This document shows, piece after piece, positions 11,426-22,035 of a DNA stretch of 29,636 nucleotides (its first letter is position 1; each line of letters starts with the position of its first letter). Under the pieces are notes generated by a model. It was not told where the DNA came from. It was given only the letters and a program-made list of their open reading frames with translations, and did no database searches. A program made the position numbers and the translations under genes. The stretch is from Octopus sinensis. Taxonomy: Eukaryota. Location: positions 1 through 29,636 of the forward strand of contig NW_021833538.1 in NCBI RefSeq assembly GCF_006345805.1. The letters run 5' to 3'.

Positions 11426-11445
11426 TATCCATGTATATGTATAAA
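10755..11445. repeat. TA-rich microsatellite block containing a 272-bp-offset direct duplication
   Basis: atggacacatatacacacatacacgcacgcatgct...gaaaaacttaaa starts at 10911 and again at 11183. Confidence 0.85.
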
Positions 11446-12208
11446 GGCATATATTGAATTATGGTAAGATTTACGATTAATACCCATGGATTTGTTGTGG
11501 AATACTGTTAGAGAGATCGCAGAGGACTATGAGCGTGTGTGTACGTATACATACCAAAATGGCTGCTATGAAATTATGAAAGGAAAAAGCTGTGTGCACG
11601 CGCCGGCGAACCTGCATGCGGGTGTATGTTGGAGCATGAATGTGCCGGTGAAAATAATATGGAGATAAGTGAATAAATCTTTTAAATTATCGTTCTGGTT
11701 ACTTCATAATTCTTAGTTGAAATCCTACTGAGGTGGACCATAAATGATATCACATCAACCCGGTTTCGATTTCCGGTCCCTCCAACTTACTAATCACTAA
11801 TCACGAAAGAAATATACTTTTTAATCACACACACCACCACTTCACCCACAAAGCATAGAGAACGAGATAAAATAAGAACTTCTTAAAATAGGACTTTATG
11901 GAGACATATTTTTAGCATTACATATGATTGTCGAATAGATAAGGGAGCGAATACTGAACTGCGCAGTGACTGGTTCGAATCCTGGACGATATTGGATTAT
12001 AACTTATACTGCAAATATGAACCAGGGACAAGGAAAAAGAAAAGTAGTTTTAGTACATTCACACACACACACACACACTAGAAACACATGTACACCACTT
12101 GCAAGCAACGGCACAAATGGAGGGCTAGTTAAAATAGTTGATAGATCGATAGACAGATATAGTTATACATGAATATGTATGATATATGTATATATATACA
12201 TATGTATG

Positions 12209-12244
<36 letters not shown>

Positions 12245-12249
<5 letters not shown>

Positions 12250-12874
12250 TTTTTTATTTTTTTTTTTTCTAGTTTCAGCTCACAAGCTGCGGCCATGCTG
12301 GGGCACCGCCATTTGGTGTTGCTACATGATTTTACTTCACGAATGCTTTTTAGCAATTACCATTTGGTGCATGAGAGAGTTCGATGCTGCTGCCCTCATC
12401 TGCACCTCCTGCCGTGAAGTTGGTTCATCTGGGATACCTGACAAGAAGAGATCCAGTTTCATTTTAAAGACATCTGCATCCACCCCATGCAGGTCTCTAA
12501 GGTTCTTCGGAAGGATATTGAAGAGCTGTGGGCCTCGGAAGCCCAAGCTATCACAGTATCTTGTCCTACATCTTGATGGCAAATTTGGAGTTCTCGGCAT
12601 TGTGCAGTGGCGCCCAGTTCTGGCATTTGTGTAACTCTCGATGCCAAAGTTTGGTACAAATTCTTCTAGGATCTTCCAGATGTATATTATGGCATATCTT
12701 TCTCGCCTTCGCTCTAAGGAATAGAGTCTCAATCTCTTGAGTCTTTCCCAATAGCTTATATGCTGCACAGAGGCTATCTTCTTCGTGTAGCTTCGTTGGA
12801 TCGCCTCAAGTTCTGTGATTAACTTGACACTGGATGGTGACCATAGCTGAGAGCAATAGTCAAAGTGGCTTAGG

Positions 12875-12878
<4 letters not shown>
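12245..12878 (-). mobile_element. 5'-truncated CR1/L2-group LINE (ORF2 C-terminus, 3' UTR, A-rich tail)
   Basis: Open frame VLSHFDYCSQLWSP...LEAIQRSYTKKI...SYWERLKRLRLYSLERRRERY...GPQLFNILP...FKMKLDLFLSGIPDEP, stop at 12337, then 3' tail GGCGGTGCCCCAGCATGGCCGCAGCTTGTGAGCTGAAACTAG and an A-rich end. The 5' junction lies in (TA)n. Confidence 0.9.
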
Positions 12879-12916
<38 letters not shown>

Positions 12917-12991
12917 TTAAATAAATAGTGCAATATTATCGACTGCTATTTCCAGTAAATACTGATGCATTGTTGTACCACTATCGTATAT

Positions 12992-13029
<38 letters not shown>

Positions 13030-13135
13030 TATATATATAATTATTAAATAAATAGTGCAATATTATCGACTGCTATTTCCAGTAAATACTGATCATTGTT
13101 GTACCACTATCGTATATTGATATATATATATATAT

Positions 13136-13195
<60 letters not shown>

Positions 13196-13294
13196 ATATA
13201 CATATATAATATATATGTATATGTATATTATACATATATATAATGTATATGTATATATATATATATATATATATACATACATATATATATATAC

Positions 13295-13338
<44 letters not shown>

Positions 13339-13357
13339 AATATATATATATATATGT

Positions 13358-13401
<44 letters not shown>

Positions 13402-13460
13402 TCATACATATACTATGTATATATATACTCAAGTATATACATATATGATTATTATATATA
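12879..13460. repeat. (TA)n-rich block with a 127-bp-offset direct duplication
   Basis: aattattaaataaatagtgcaatattatcgactgctatttccagtaaatactgat at 12912 and 13039. Confidence 0.85.
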
Positions 13461-13799
13461 TATATACATATTTCTATATGCGCACACACAAAGACACGTA
13501 TACACACACGCGCGTGCGCACGCACGCGCAAACCTGCATATCTTGTAGGAATGTATTGACTCGCCAGAAATGTAGGCAGAAATTGGGACATCTTGACGAG
13601 CAGCGACTGGGGGAGACCAGCAGCGTGGCGGAGGTTTTATGTTTGTATACAACAGGACGACAATCTATTTTGAAAGAAGATATCTGTGAGAGAAAATTTT
13701 CTCTGTTTTTTATTTGACTTTTTTTGTTTGGCTTTTTTTTTGTCGGCGGTTCTTGATGCCTTTCTTTGCGAGGAAAACAATGGTCCTATATTTGATTTC

Positions 13800-13815
13800 G
13801 ATATACATACATACA

Positions 13816-13875
<60 letters not shown>

Positions 13876-14045
13876 CATACATATATACATATATATATAC
13901 ATATATATATATATACATATATATATATGTGTATATATATATATAGTTTAAATTTTACAGAAAAAGAAAACGTATTATTTTATATATGTATATATATATA
14001 CACACACATATACATGTTCATGGGTATATTATATATATATATATA
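13800..14045. repeat. (ATAC)n/(TA)n microsatellite
   Basis: Direct reading. Confidence 0.9.
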
Positions 14046-14827
14046 TTATCGCTACCAGCGGCTAATGGAAAAGAGAAAATAGTCAAGACTAATATGTATA
14101 AATATAACAATTTAGGAATGGCCTAAAGGCCATTCGTCCACCAGAAAGAGCAGCCATAACTCCAACGCCAATGTAGTGTAATTCGGAAATAAGGTGAAAA
14201 TTAAAAACATTTACACTAATTATTATTTACGAGACAATCGATATAAAAGATTGAATTAGGGTAAATGTTTTTAAATTTTCACCTTATTCCGAATTACATC
14301 TTGGCGGTTGGAGTTATGGCTGCTCTTTCTGGTGGACGAATGGCTGTTTAGGCCATTCCAAATTGTATATTATACATATATAGTCTTTGACCATATTTAT
14401 CTTTTTCCATTAGGCGCTGTAGCGATAAATTTTACTGATTTTTTGCTACCCTAAATTATTAATGATAATTTTCTGACTATCTGAGATTGAATCGGCAGTT
14501 TATATTTGCTGCCGATAAGTTTGGCGCGAATGCGTTGGTCTTGAAAATTTAAGACAGATATTCCCGAGGCATGAGTACAGTAGCCTCGTGTATATCCGTC
14601 TCTCCCGGTTTTTACTGATGAAGTTGTGACCTATGGTAGACTAGCTTAATTTTATTTAATTAAGTGGTCTATCATTAAAGACACTATGAAACGATGCATC
14701 GTATAAAAGATGATTAGGTAAATGTTTTAATTTTCACCTTATTTCCGAATTACACTACTTGGCGGTTGGAGTTCTGGCTGACTCTTCTGGTGAACGAATG
14801 GCTGTTTAGGCATTCCTAAATGTTATT

Positions 14828-14830
<3 letters not shown>
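14046..14830 (+). mobile_element. Hammerhead-containing Penelope-pLTR/retrozyme-like unit: inverted partial copy, 460-nt monomer, partial tandem copy, flanked by (TA)n
   Basis: 14046-14221 is the reverse complement of 14254-14428. The sequence from about 14237 recurs from about 14697 to 14829. HHR at 14609-14709. (TA)n on both sides. Confidence 0.7.
14609..14709 (+). ncRNA. Type-I hammerhead ribozyme motif (GUA triplet, predicted cleavage after 14703)
   Basis: Stem I UUUUUA/UAAAAG; CUGAUGA at 14615-14621 plus one inserted A; long stem II (GUUGUG/CACUAU, AUGGUAGACU/GGUCUAUCAU, GCUUAAUU/AAUUAAGU); GAAA at 14688-14691; palindromic stem III ACGAUGCAUCGU. The pair next to the core is G-U rather than G-C. 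Confidence 0.75.
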
Positions 14831-14860
<30 letters not shown>

Positions 14861-14965
14861 ACATATAACATATACATAATATATATACAATTACATACAT
14901 ATATATATTATATATATATATAGATATATATATAGATATATATATATTATTATATATATATATAC

Positions 14966-15010
<45 letters not shown>

Positions 15011-15185
15011 TATATATATATATATATAATAATATATATATATTATATATATTATATGTATATATGGTTCAAGTTTACAGAAAACAAAAGACGAAAATAT
15101 ATATGTGTGTGCATAAATATTATTGAAAAATCATTATTTATTTTAATATACTTGTGCGCATGTCTGGCAAGTATACCATGTCTGG

Positions 15186-15379
15186 TGAGCTGGAGACGTA
15201 ATTAGCACGCCGGGCAAAAACGCTTAGCGGCATATCATCCTGATTTGCGTTCGGGGTTCAAACTCCACTGACGCCGACTTTGCCCATTTGTTCACTAAGA
15301 TCGGTGAAATCGAATTATACCACCCCTACCCCCGCTGTCCCCGAAATTGCTGGCCTTGTGCCAAAATTTGATACTAATA
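15186..15379 (+). mobile_element. SINE family A
   Basis: ggtgagctgg...ttagcacgccgggcaaaaacgcttagcggcat...gggttcaaactccactgacgccgactttgcc...gctggccttgtgccaaaatttga. Confidence 0.8.
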
Positions 15380-15488
15380 GACATATATGCGTGTTCATCT
15401 CTGTATATACATACATATATGTACATATACATATATATGCCTATATATATCCATGGATATATTCTTATACGTATATGTATATATGTAC

Positions 15489-15534
<46 letters not shown>

Positions 15535-15569
15535 GGTGTGTGTGTGTGTTGTGTGTGTGTGGGTATCAA

Positions 15570-15620
15570 TAATATAATAATAATACCTATAAAAATAAAA
15601 ATAATAATAATAATAATAAC

Positions 15621-15655
<35 letters not shown>

Positions 15656-15694
15656 TAATAATAATAGTAATCATAATAATAATAATAATAATAA
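15570..15694. repeat. (TAA)n microsatellite at the 5' flank of the Dong-like element
   Basis: Direct reading. Confidence 0.9.
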
Positions 15695-17673
15695 AGTATG
15701 TGATCATGGAGAACCACACTAACTCTGAACAGTGACAGTGAATCCCTAAATGCTGGTGATGTAAAAATTTCGTGTGGCATTTTCCAGGGTGACTCACTGT
15801 CACCACTCCTCTTTTGTTTATCCTTAATACCTCTCTCAAAGCTGCTCAATGACGCGCAGTACGGGTATAAAATGTTTGATAAAAATATAAATCATCTCGT
15901 TTACATGGATGATTTAAAGCTTTTTGCAAAAAATGATCAACAACTCAAGGGCTTACTAGCGATAGTCAAACAATTCAGTGACGACATCAGAATGCAATTC
16001 GGCCTCGATAAATGTGCAAAGGCTACCTTTATCAAAGGAAAAATGACAGAAACATCTAACGTTAACCTTGACCACAGAATGTCATAAAAGAACTAGACCC
16101 AGCGGAGAGCTACAAGTACCTAGGGGTAATTGAAGGGAACGGAATAAGGCATTCAGAGATGAAGGAAAGGATCAGGAGAGAATGCTATCGAAGAGTGAGA
16201 GCAATACTCAAGACAGAGCTGAATGCAAGAACAGGATCGAAGCAATCAATGCATTAGCTATACCAGTCGTGACTTACAGTTTCAATATTGTTAACTGGTC
16301 AATTACTGAAATATGTCAGCTCGACAGAAAAATAAGGAAAACTGTTGACAATGCATAGAATGCACCACCCTAAGGCAGATACAGAACGACTCTATCTGCC
16401 AAGAAAAGAGGGAGGCCGTGGTCTTTTGCAACTGGCAATAACAATGAAGATTGCTACAATTGGCCTAGACACCTACCTGAAAAACTCTGAGGACTGGATG
16501 TTAAAACTTGTCTCAAAACATGAAAGCAAGAAAGCATCATACTCAGTCACAAAACAGGCAAAGGAATATCTAAGTGAATTCCGAATACAACCAATTTCGG
16601 AATTAGAGATAGACATACAAGAAACAAGCACAGAAAAAGCTAGGCGCATGAAAACCCGTGCCAAAACTGCGGCCTTAGATATTCTGAATAATAAATGGCA
16701 AGAAAAACCTCTCTATGGCAAATACCCAAAGAGAGCGAATAATGCAGATATCGACAAAGCCCTGACCATCAATGGCTAATGGCCTCTGGCTTAAAATCTG
16801 AAACAGAGGGGTTTATCATAGCAGCTCAAGATCAATGCCTACCAACAAGAAACTACCAGGCCAACATATTAAAGATCAGAGCAGTCCAACGTGTCGTGTA
16901 TGCAAGCAACAAAATGAAACCATTGACCATGTGGTCTCCAAGTGCAGTCTTCTAGCGCCTACAGAGTATCTCAACAGGCACGATAGAGGCTGCACACAAT
17001 ATATTCACTGGGTAATCTGTAAAAACCTGGATTTGCCCCATGAAAAAAACTGTGGGGAACACAAACCACCCCAGTGCTTGAAAATGACCACATCTCACTC
17101 CTCTGGAACTTCACCATTCAAACTGACAGGAAGAGATGCAAATAGGCCAGACATCATATTGAAAGACTTCAAACAAAGAACATGCCTCCTCATTGATATG
17201 ACTGTCCCAATCGATATAAACGTATCTGTCAGGACCTACCAAAAACTGAGCAAATATAAAGATCTTGAAATAGAAATCAGCAAAATGTGGAAGCTGAAGA
17301 CTAAAACATACCTGTTGTCATAGGTGCCCTGGGAATGATAGCAAAAGGGGCTGATAGCTACCTAACTCAGATACCAGGAAACCCAAAAATGGCAGAAGTT
17401 CAAAAGATAGTGCTCATGGGAACTGCTCATATCCTACGCAAAATACTCTCTATGTAACCTCAAGGTTAAAACAACCATAATTTTCGGTTTAAAAAAAAAA
17501 AAAAAAAAAAAACTTTTTTTTTTAGACATTCATTAGTACAACATCCCCACCCCCCAAATATATGGCACACTAGGCATAACAACAACATGAACTTCCAACC
17601 CTGTTGTCTCTTGAGGTCTCTGGGTGAGACTTGGAGCCAACTTGTACAAATATAAAGCAAAAGTCAAACATAG
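15695..17673 (+). mobile_element. 5'-truncated R4/Dong-type non-LTR retrotransposon with frameshifts, inserted in (TAA)n
   Basis: RT motifs GIFQGDSLSPLLF, HLVYMDDLKLF, GLDKC, YKYLG; post-RT RLYLPRKEGGRGL; CCHC knuckle CRVCKQQNETIDHVVSKC; RLE ANRPDIILKD...IDMTVP...KLSKYKDL; C-terminus ...QKIVLMGTAHILRKILSM* (stop 17455-17457); then 3' UTR and (AAT)n at 17674-17699. Confidence 0.92.
15707..17457 (+). pseudogene. Dong/R4 ORF remnant (RT C-terminal half, zinc knuckle, restriction-like endonuclease)
   Basis: Track ORFs 15872-16087, 16345-16779 and 16835-17323 are pieces of one frameshifted reading frame. Confidence 0.9.
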
Positions 17674-18651
17674 AATAATAATAATAATAATAATAATAAA
17701 GGGAAAAATTGATTAATCAATTTATAATTAATAATCTTACCAAGGAGTTTGCTATGTTAAAAAGAACCTTTATCGGTAAACTTATACAAAAATTTTATAA
17801 TTATAAGCATAATTATAATTAGGATTTAGCAAAATACATATAAGAAAAAGTCGCGACCTCCGGCTCTCACTTAACGTTTACCCTCCCGTAGGAGCTCCCA
17901 GCACCCGTGAATGGGCACTCTACGACCAGGTTATTAACCGTTCTTTCAGGATAATATCTATGATGTCTGTTCCTTAATTTATGTCTAAAAGGAGTGGTTT
18001 GAAGGAAATTTTGTGGTTATTTAATAGTCGATTCATCTCGTTCACTCTCGAGTTTCAGACATGAATCGTCAAAGTTTGAAACTGAGCGGCGATTTGTTAA
18101 ACCTATCCTGTGAAAAAAGTCTCAGTTCCGTTTTCAAGCATTAATTGGCAACAACAATAACCAATGGCAGAATGTTCATATGAAATGATATTCACTGTTG
18201 TATTTGGTGTCTGTATACATATGTGTATATATGTTCGCGTGTGTGTGTGTGTCTATGTTTCTGTGTCTGTTTACAGCAATAAATACGGAAAATACGTAAC
18301 ACAAGTTGCCGTATATATATATGTCCAGTCATCAAAATTGCGTAATACGAGAAACTTGGAGTAACGACGCAATAAAACTTTCAATGTTTCTGTATACATA
18401 CATACACAGATATATACATCCATACGTGTATATTTACTGTTTTTACTTTTTAATTGTTTTTACTGTTTTGTTCTCACTGTCCTGTTCTTGTTACCACACT
18501 CACCCTCCGCAAAAAAATCCCAACTTTTATTTAATTTGCTTTACGGGAAGGACTGTTTCAACGAAATCGGGTCTTGTCCTTGCCTTCGCAACGCGGAATA
18601 GATGAAACAGAGACAACTGAAGAAGGGGAATATTCTTTATGTTGTATGTCT

Positions 18652-19264
18652 CTATTTCTAAATTTTCGCTATGTGGTTAAGCAACTTACTTAACCCATAA
18701 TTATACTTATATATAAAAAGACTTTTTGTAAAAGTTCCTACTGATAATGGTTCTCTTTACATACCGAAATTAATTGGTAAAATTTATTAATTTTCAATTA
18801 ATAATTATTTACCCTTATATTTGTAATGAATTTTTTCACTCCAGTATAACAAACCGCAGTTCTCTTTCTGCGGTATTATCTTGTGACGCACATGGTAATC
18901 TTGGAGGGAAAATACGAATTCAGTCGTCTATATAGATTTGGATGTGCTGACTATCTTATGTTATTTCTCGATGGCGCTGGATCGGGATGCAAAGGGTAGG
19001 TTCATAGCATTTTCAGATTTATAAATCATCGAATTATTGTGCTGATGACAGGAATGAATTTGTATAATTCTAACCCAGAAATGCGTCCACAATTAATCGA
19101 AGACTGATTTCGTTATTTTTCTTCTTTTGCCTATGTGAGTTACAAGTATTGTTATCTGTAGAGTAATATCTGTAGTTAAAAGGAATAAGCCGTCTTTGGC
19201 TGCTATTTCTAAATTTTTGGTATGTGGTTAAGCAACTTGTTGCTTAACCCATAATTATATTTAT
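18652..19264 (+). mobile_element. Hammerhead-containing unit bounded by about 60-bp direct repeats 551 bp apart
   Basis: ctatttctaaatttt...atgtggttaagcaactt...cttaacccataattata at 18652-18710 and 19203-19264. HHR motif inside; (TA)n-rich tract follows. Confidence 0.5.
19036..19093 (+). ncRNA. Type-I hammerhead ribozyme motif, partly decayed (GUC triplet, predicted cleavage after 19087)
   Basis: Stem I AUUGUG/CACAAU; CUGAUGA at 19042-19048; stem II with GAAUU/AAUUC hairpin; GAAA at 19078-19081; stem III AUGCGU (likely from palindromic ACGCGU). The base of stem II is mispaired. Confidence 0.65.
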
Positions 19265-19269
19265 AATCA

Positions 19270-19337
19270 TATATATATACACACACACACACACACAAAT
19301 GTATATATATATATATACATAAATATACATATATGTA

Positions 19338-19385
<48 letters not shown>

Positions 19386-19403
19386 ATGTATATATATGCA
19401 TGT

Positions 19404-19437
<34 letters not shown>

Positions 19438-19439
19438 AT

Positions 19440-19471
<32 letters not shown>

Positions 19472-19498
19472 GATATATATATATATTATATATAATAA

Positions 19499-19545
<47 letters not shown>
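19270..19545. repeat. (TA)n/(CA)n microsatellite block
   Basis: Direct reading. Confidence 0.9.
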
Positions 19546-20184
19546 GCATACACACATACATGCAAGTTAATCTAAAGTTTGTGCTTATATGTGCGTGTAT
19601 GTATGCAGATATGTATAGGAACATACATGCAAATAACTGTATACATACATACTGACAAACAGACAGACACGCAGCATGTAAACATGCGTGCTTGCATACA
19701 AGCAATAGAATATCAAATTGATCCTCCGTCATTTTCGACGATGAGTTATTCAGTAAGACGTTCTACTAAACCATCTGCTCATCGATAGCGATTAGTCATG
19801 CCTTGCTTTGCTTAGGATATCCAACAAGACCGAAACATGTCTGAGTTTTTACCGCATGGCTATAGCTCAAGCTCTATTCCAATATTGTCCCAGATTGAAT
19901 TAATTTCAATTAATTATAATTTTGTAATTACTTGCCTTATCTTTATCTTTTGTAGCTATAATTAGCAATTCTAGCTAATTTAAATGCATCTTGTTATAAT
20001 ATTTTATTAATTAAAATGTTTAATACTACAATGAGTAATTAAATATTTTATAGTATTTCATTAATTAGAATATCTCATAAATAGTATTTGATCAAAATTT
20101 CTCATACTTCAGCATTTAGTTAATTAATTAAAATTGTCATCGGTCGGGGCGAGATGAAAATGATTTAAGCAGTGACCCACGAAA

Positions 20185-20227
20185 GCGTCAGACGCATTTC
20201 TGCATTGTTGAACCACGTCAATAACGC
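20185..20227 (-). ncRNA. Decayed minimal hammerhead relic
   Basis: Minus strand GCGUUA-UUGACGU-GGUUCAACAAUGCA-GAAA-UGC-GUC-UGACGC. Six-bp stem I and the same GAAAUGCGUC as at 19078, but two core substitutions and a weak stem II. Confidence 0.35.
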
Positions 20228-20774
20228 ATGCCCACTTTCCCAATGCTTATCGAAACTTGTGCCCTCCGACATACAGTAAAAAGCTGAATGATATACACAC
20301 TTATGCTGCGGAAAGCTTGACTGTCTGTAATAAAGTCGCCGGTCGCCGACATATGTTTTTAAAAACAACATATCTTAAAGAGGTTTTTCTCTCAGACAAA
20401 ATCCACAGCGTCACGCCTTTCAATGGTGTATATATGTTACGTATGGTATGCATATGGCGATTTTAGTTTAATGTTATTTCAATTACGTACACCGAGTTAA
20501 TTAATTAAACTTTCCCATACTATAGTATTTAATTAAAATGTTTGTACTATGTTATTTAATTAATTAAAATGAACTAAAAGGAGTGTTGGAGCACGCTTGA
20601 AGTATATAAAGAAACATTAACAAGAGCTTAATGATATATTAATATTCTGGCTTCGCTTTTTACTACACAGACACACAGGCTTACATACGTACTTACACAG
20701 AAACAGACATGCACACGCATAGAAACACACTCACACACACATTAAAATCTAGGTGTATATATATATATATATAT

Positions 20775-21160
20775 ACAAGATAAGAAAATGGAGAAATACA
20801 ACTAAATCAAATATCAATTACCAGATAATACTCAATCACATACTTTATTAAACCACCACCTAAGAGACTGTAGGGTTAAATATAAAAAGGCAGAACAAAT
20901 CAGTGTACATAAAGGAATGTACATAAAAAAGTGTACATAAAAGAGTAATGTTGTATAATAAGTAGAATATATATAAAAGAGAATATAAATATAAGTAAAT
21001 ATAAATATAAGTATAGATTACATCTTACAGCTGTTTCGGCCATGTTGATAAGTATGTCTCATTTTGCCAATAATAGCCTTTTATGGTAGGTCAATATATA
21101 GATATAAATGAGACATTTACAGAAATATCATAAGGCCTCTTCGGAGATTATGTGATATAA
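20775..21160 (-). mobile_element. Penelope-like terminal fragment abutting (TA)n and carrying an HHR
   Basis: AT-rich segment ending in (TA)n at about 20757-20774, with an HHR motif at 21022-21148. Confidence 0.5.
21022..21148 (-). ncRNA. Type-I hammerhead ribozyme motif with U4-to-C core change (GUA triplet, cleavage between 21026 and 21025)
   Basis: Minus strand AUCU-CCGAAGA-GGCC...(UGAUA/UAUCA, AUGUCUCAUUU/AAAUGAGACAU)...GGCC-GAAA-CAGCUG-UA-AGAU, with palindromic ACAGCUGU. Confidence 0.7.
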
Positions 21161-21193
21161 ATCAGTCTACATATATACCCATATGGGTGTGGG

Positions 21194-21225
<32 letters not shown>

Positions 21226-21289
21226 CTAGGTACATATACACACACACGCACGCACGCACATACGCATGTACATATACACGATTGTCGCT

Positions 21290-21327
<38 letters not shown>

Positions 21328-21627
21328 TGTGTGTGTGTTTGTCTGTGTGCCAACAAAGACGAAAAATTGAAAGGAAAAGTACGAAATAATGGCCGCTGTC
21401 TGTAAATGATTGACACCCGTAACAAGAAATCCAAATAAATTGAAACCCAATAAAACCGAAACCGTGCAAACATAGTGTCGCGGAAACCGCAAGAAAACTG
21501 TAATTGCTCGAAATCACAAAGTTTTCTCACGTTAGCAGCAAAATATGATGGCGAGATAAAAAAAAATTATCCTAATATATGGTTGTGTTGTATCTATTTT
21601 ATTATTTTCAAAACAATATGTACTTAA

Positions 21628-22035
21628 TTCTTTTATTCTTTTACTTGTTTCAATCATTGTTACTGTGGGCCATGCTGGAGCACCACCTTTAGTCGAGCAA
21701 ATCGAGTTCAAGATTTATTCTTTGTAAGCCTGGTACTTATTCAATCGGTCTCTTTTGCCGAACCGCCAGGTTACGGGGACGTAAACACACCAGCATCGAT
21801 TGTCAAGCGATGGAGGGGGACAAACGCAGACACACACAAATACACACACACACACATCTTTATATATATATATATACGACGAGCTACTTTCAGTTTCCGT
21901 CTACCAAATCCACTCACAACGCTTTGGTCGACCCGAGGCTATTGAAAAAGACACTTGCCTAAGATGCCACACAGTAGGACTGAACCCGGAACCATGTGGT
22001 TGGTAAGCAAGCTTCTTACCACACACCCACTCCTT
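21628..22035 (-). mobile_element. Full-length tRNA-headed SINE family C with internal microsatellite
   Basis: Minus-strand head GGAGTGGGTGTGTGGTAAGAAGCTTGCTTACCAACCACATGGTTCCGGGTTCAGTCC (A-box-like and B-box-like), central (TA)/(TG) tract, and tail GGTGGTGCTCCAGCATGGCCC...TGATTGAAACAAGTAAAAGAATAAAAG. Confidence 0.9.

Noticed and set aside
11960-11995. B-box-like GGTTCGAATCC
   Set aside because: There is no A box at the right spacing and no cloverleaf, so it is not a tRNA gene.
17845-17945. GC-rich hairpin-rich stretch after the Dong element, considered as an HDV-like ribozyme
   Set aside because: CUCCCGU resembles an HDV L3 loop, but I could not assemble P1, P2 and P3 pairings on either strand. 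It is more likely the end of another retroelement running into the TAA array.
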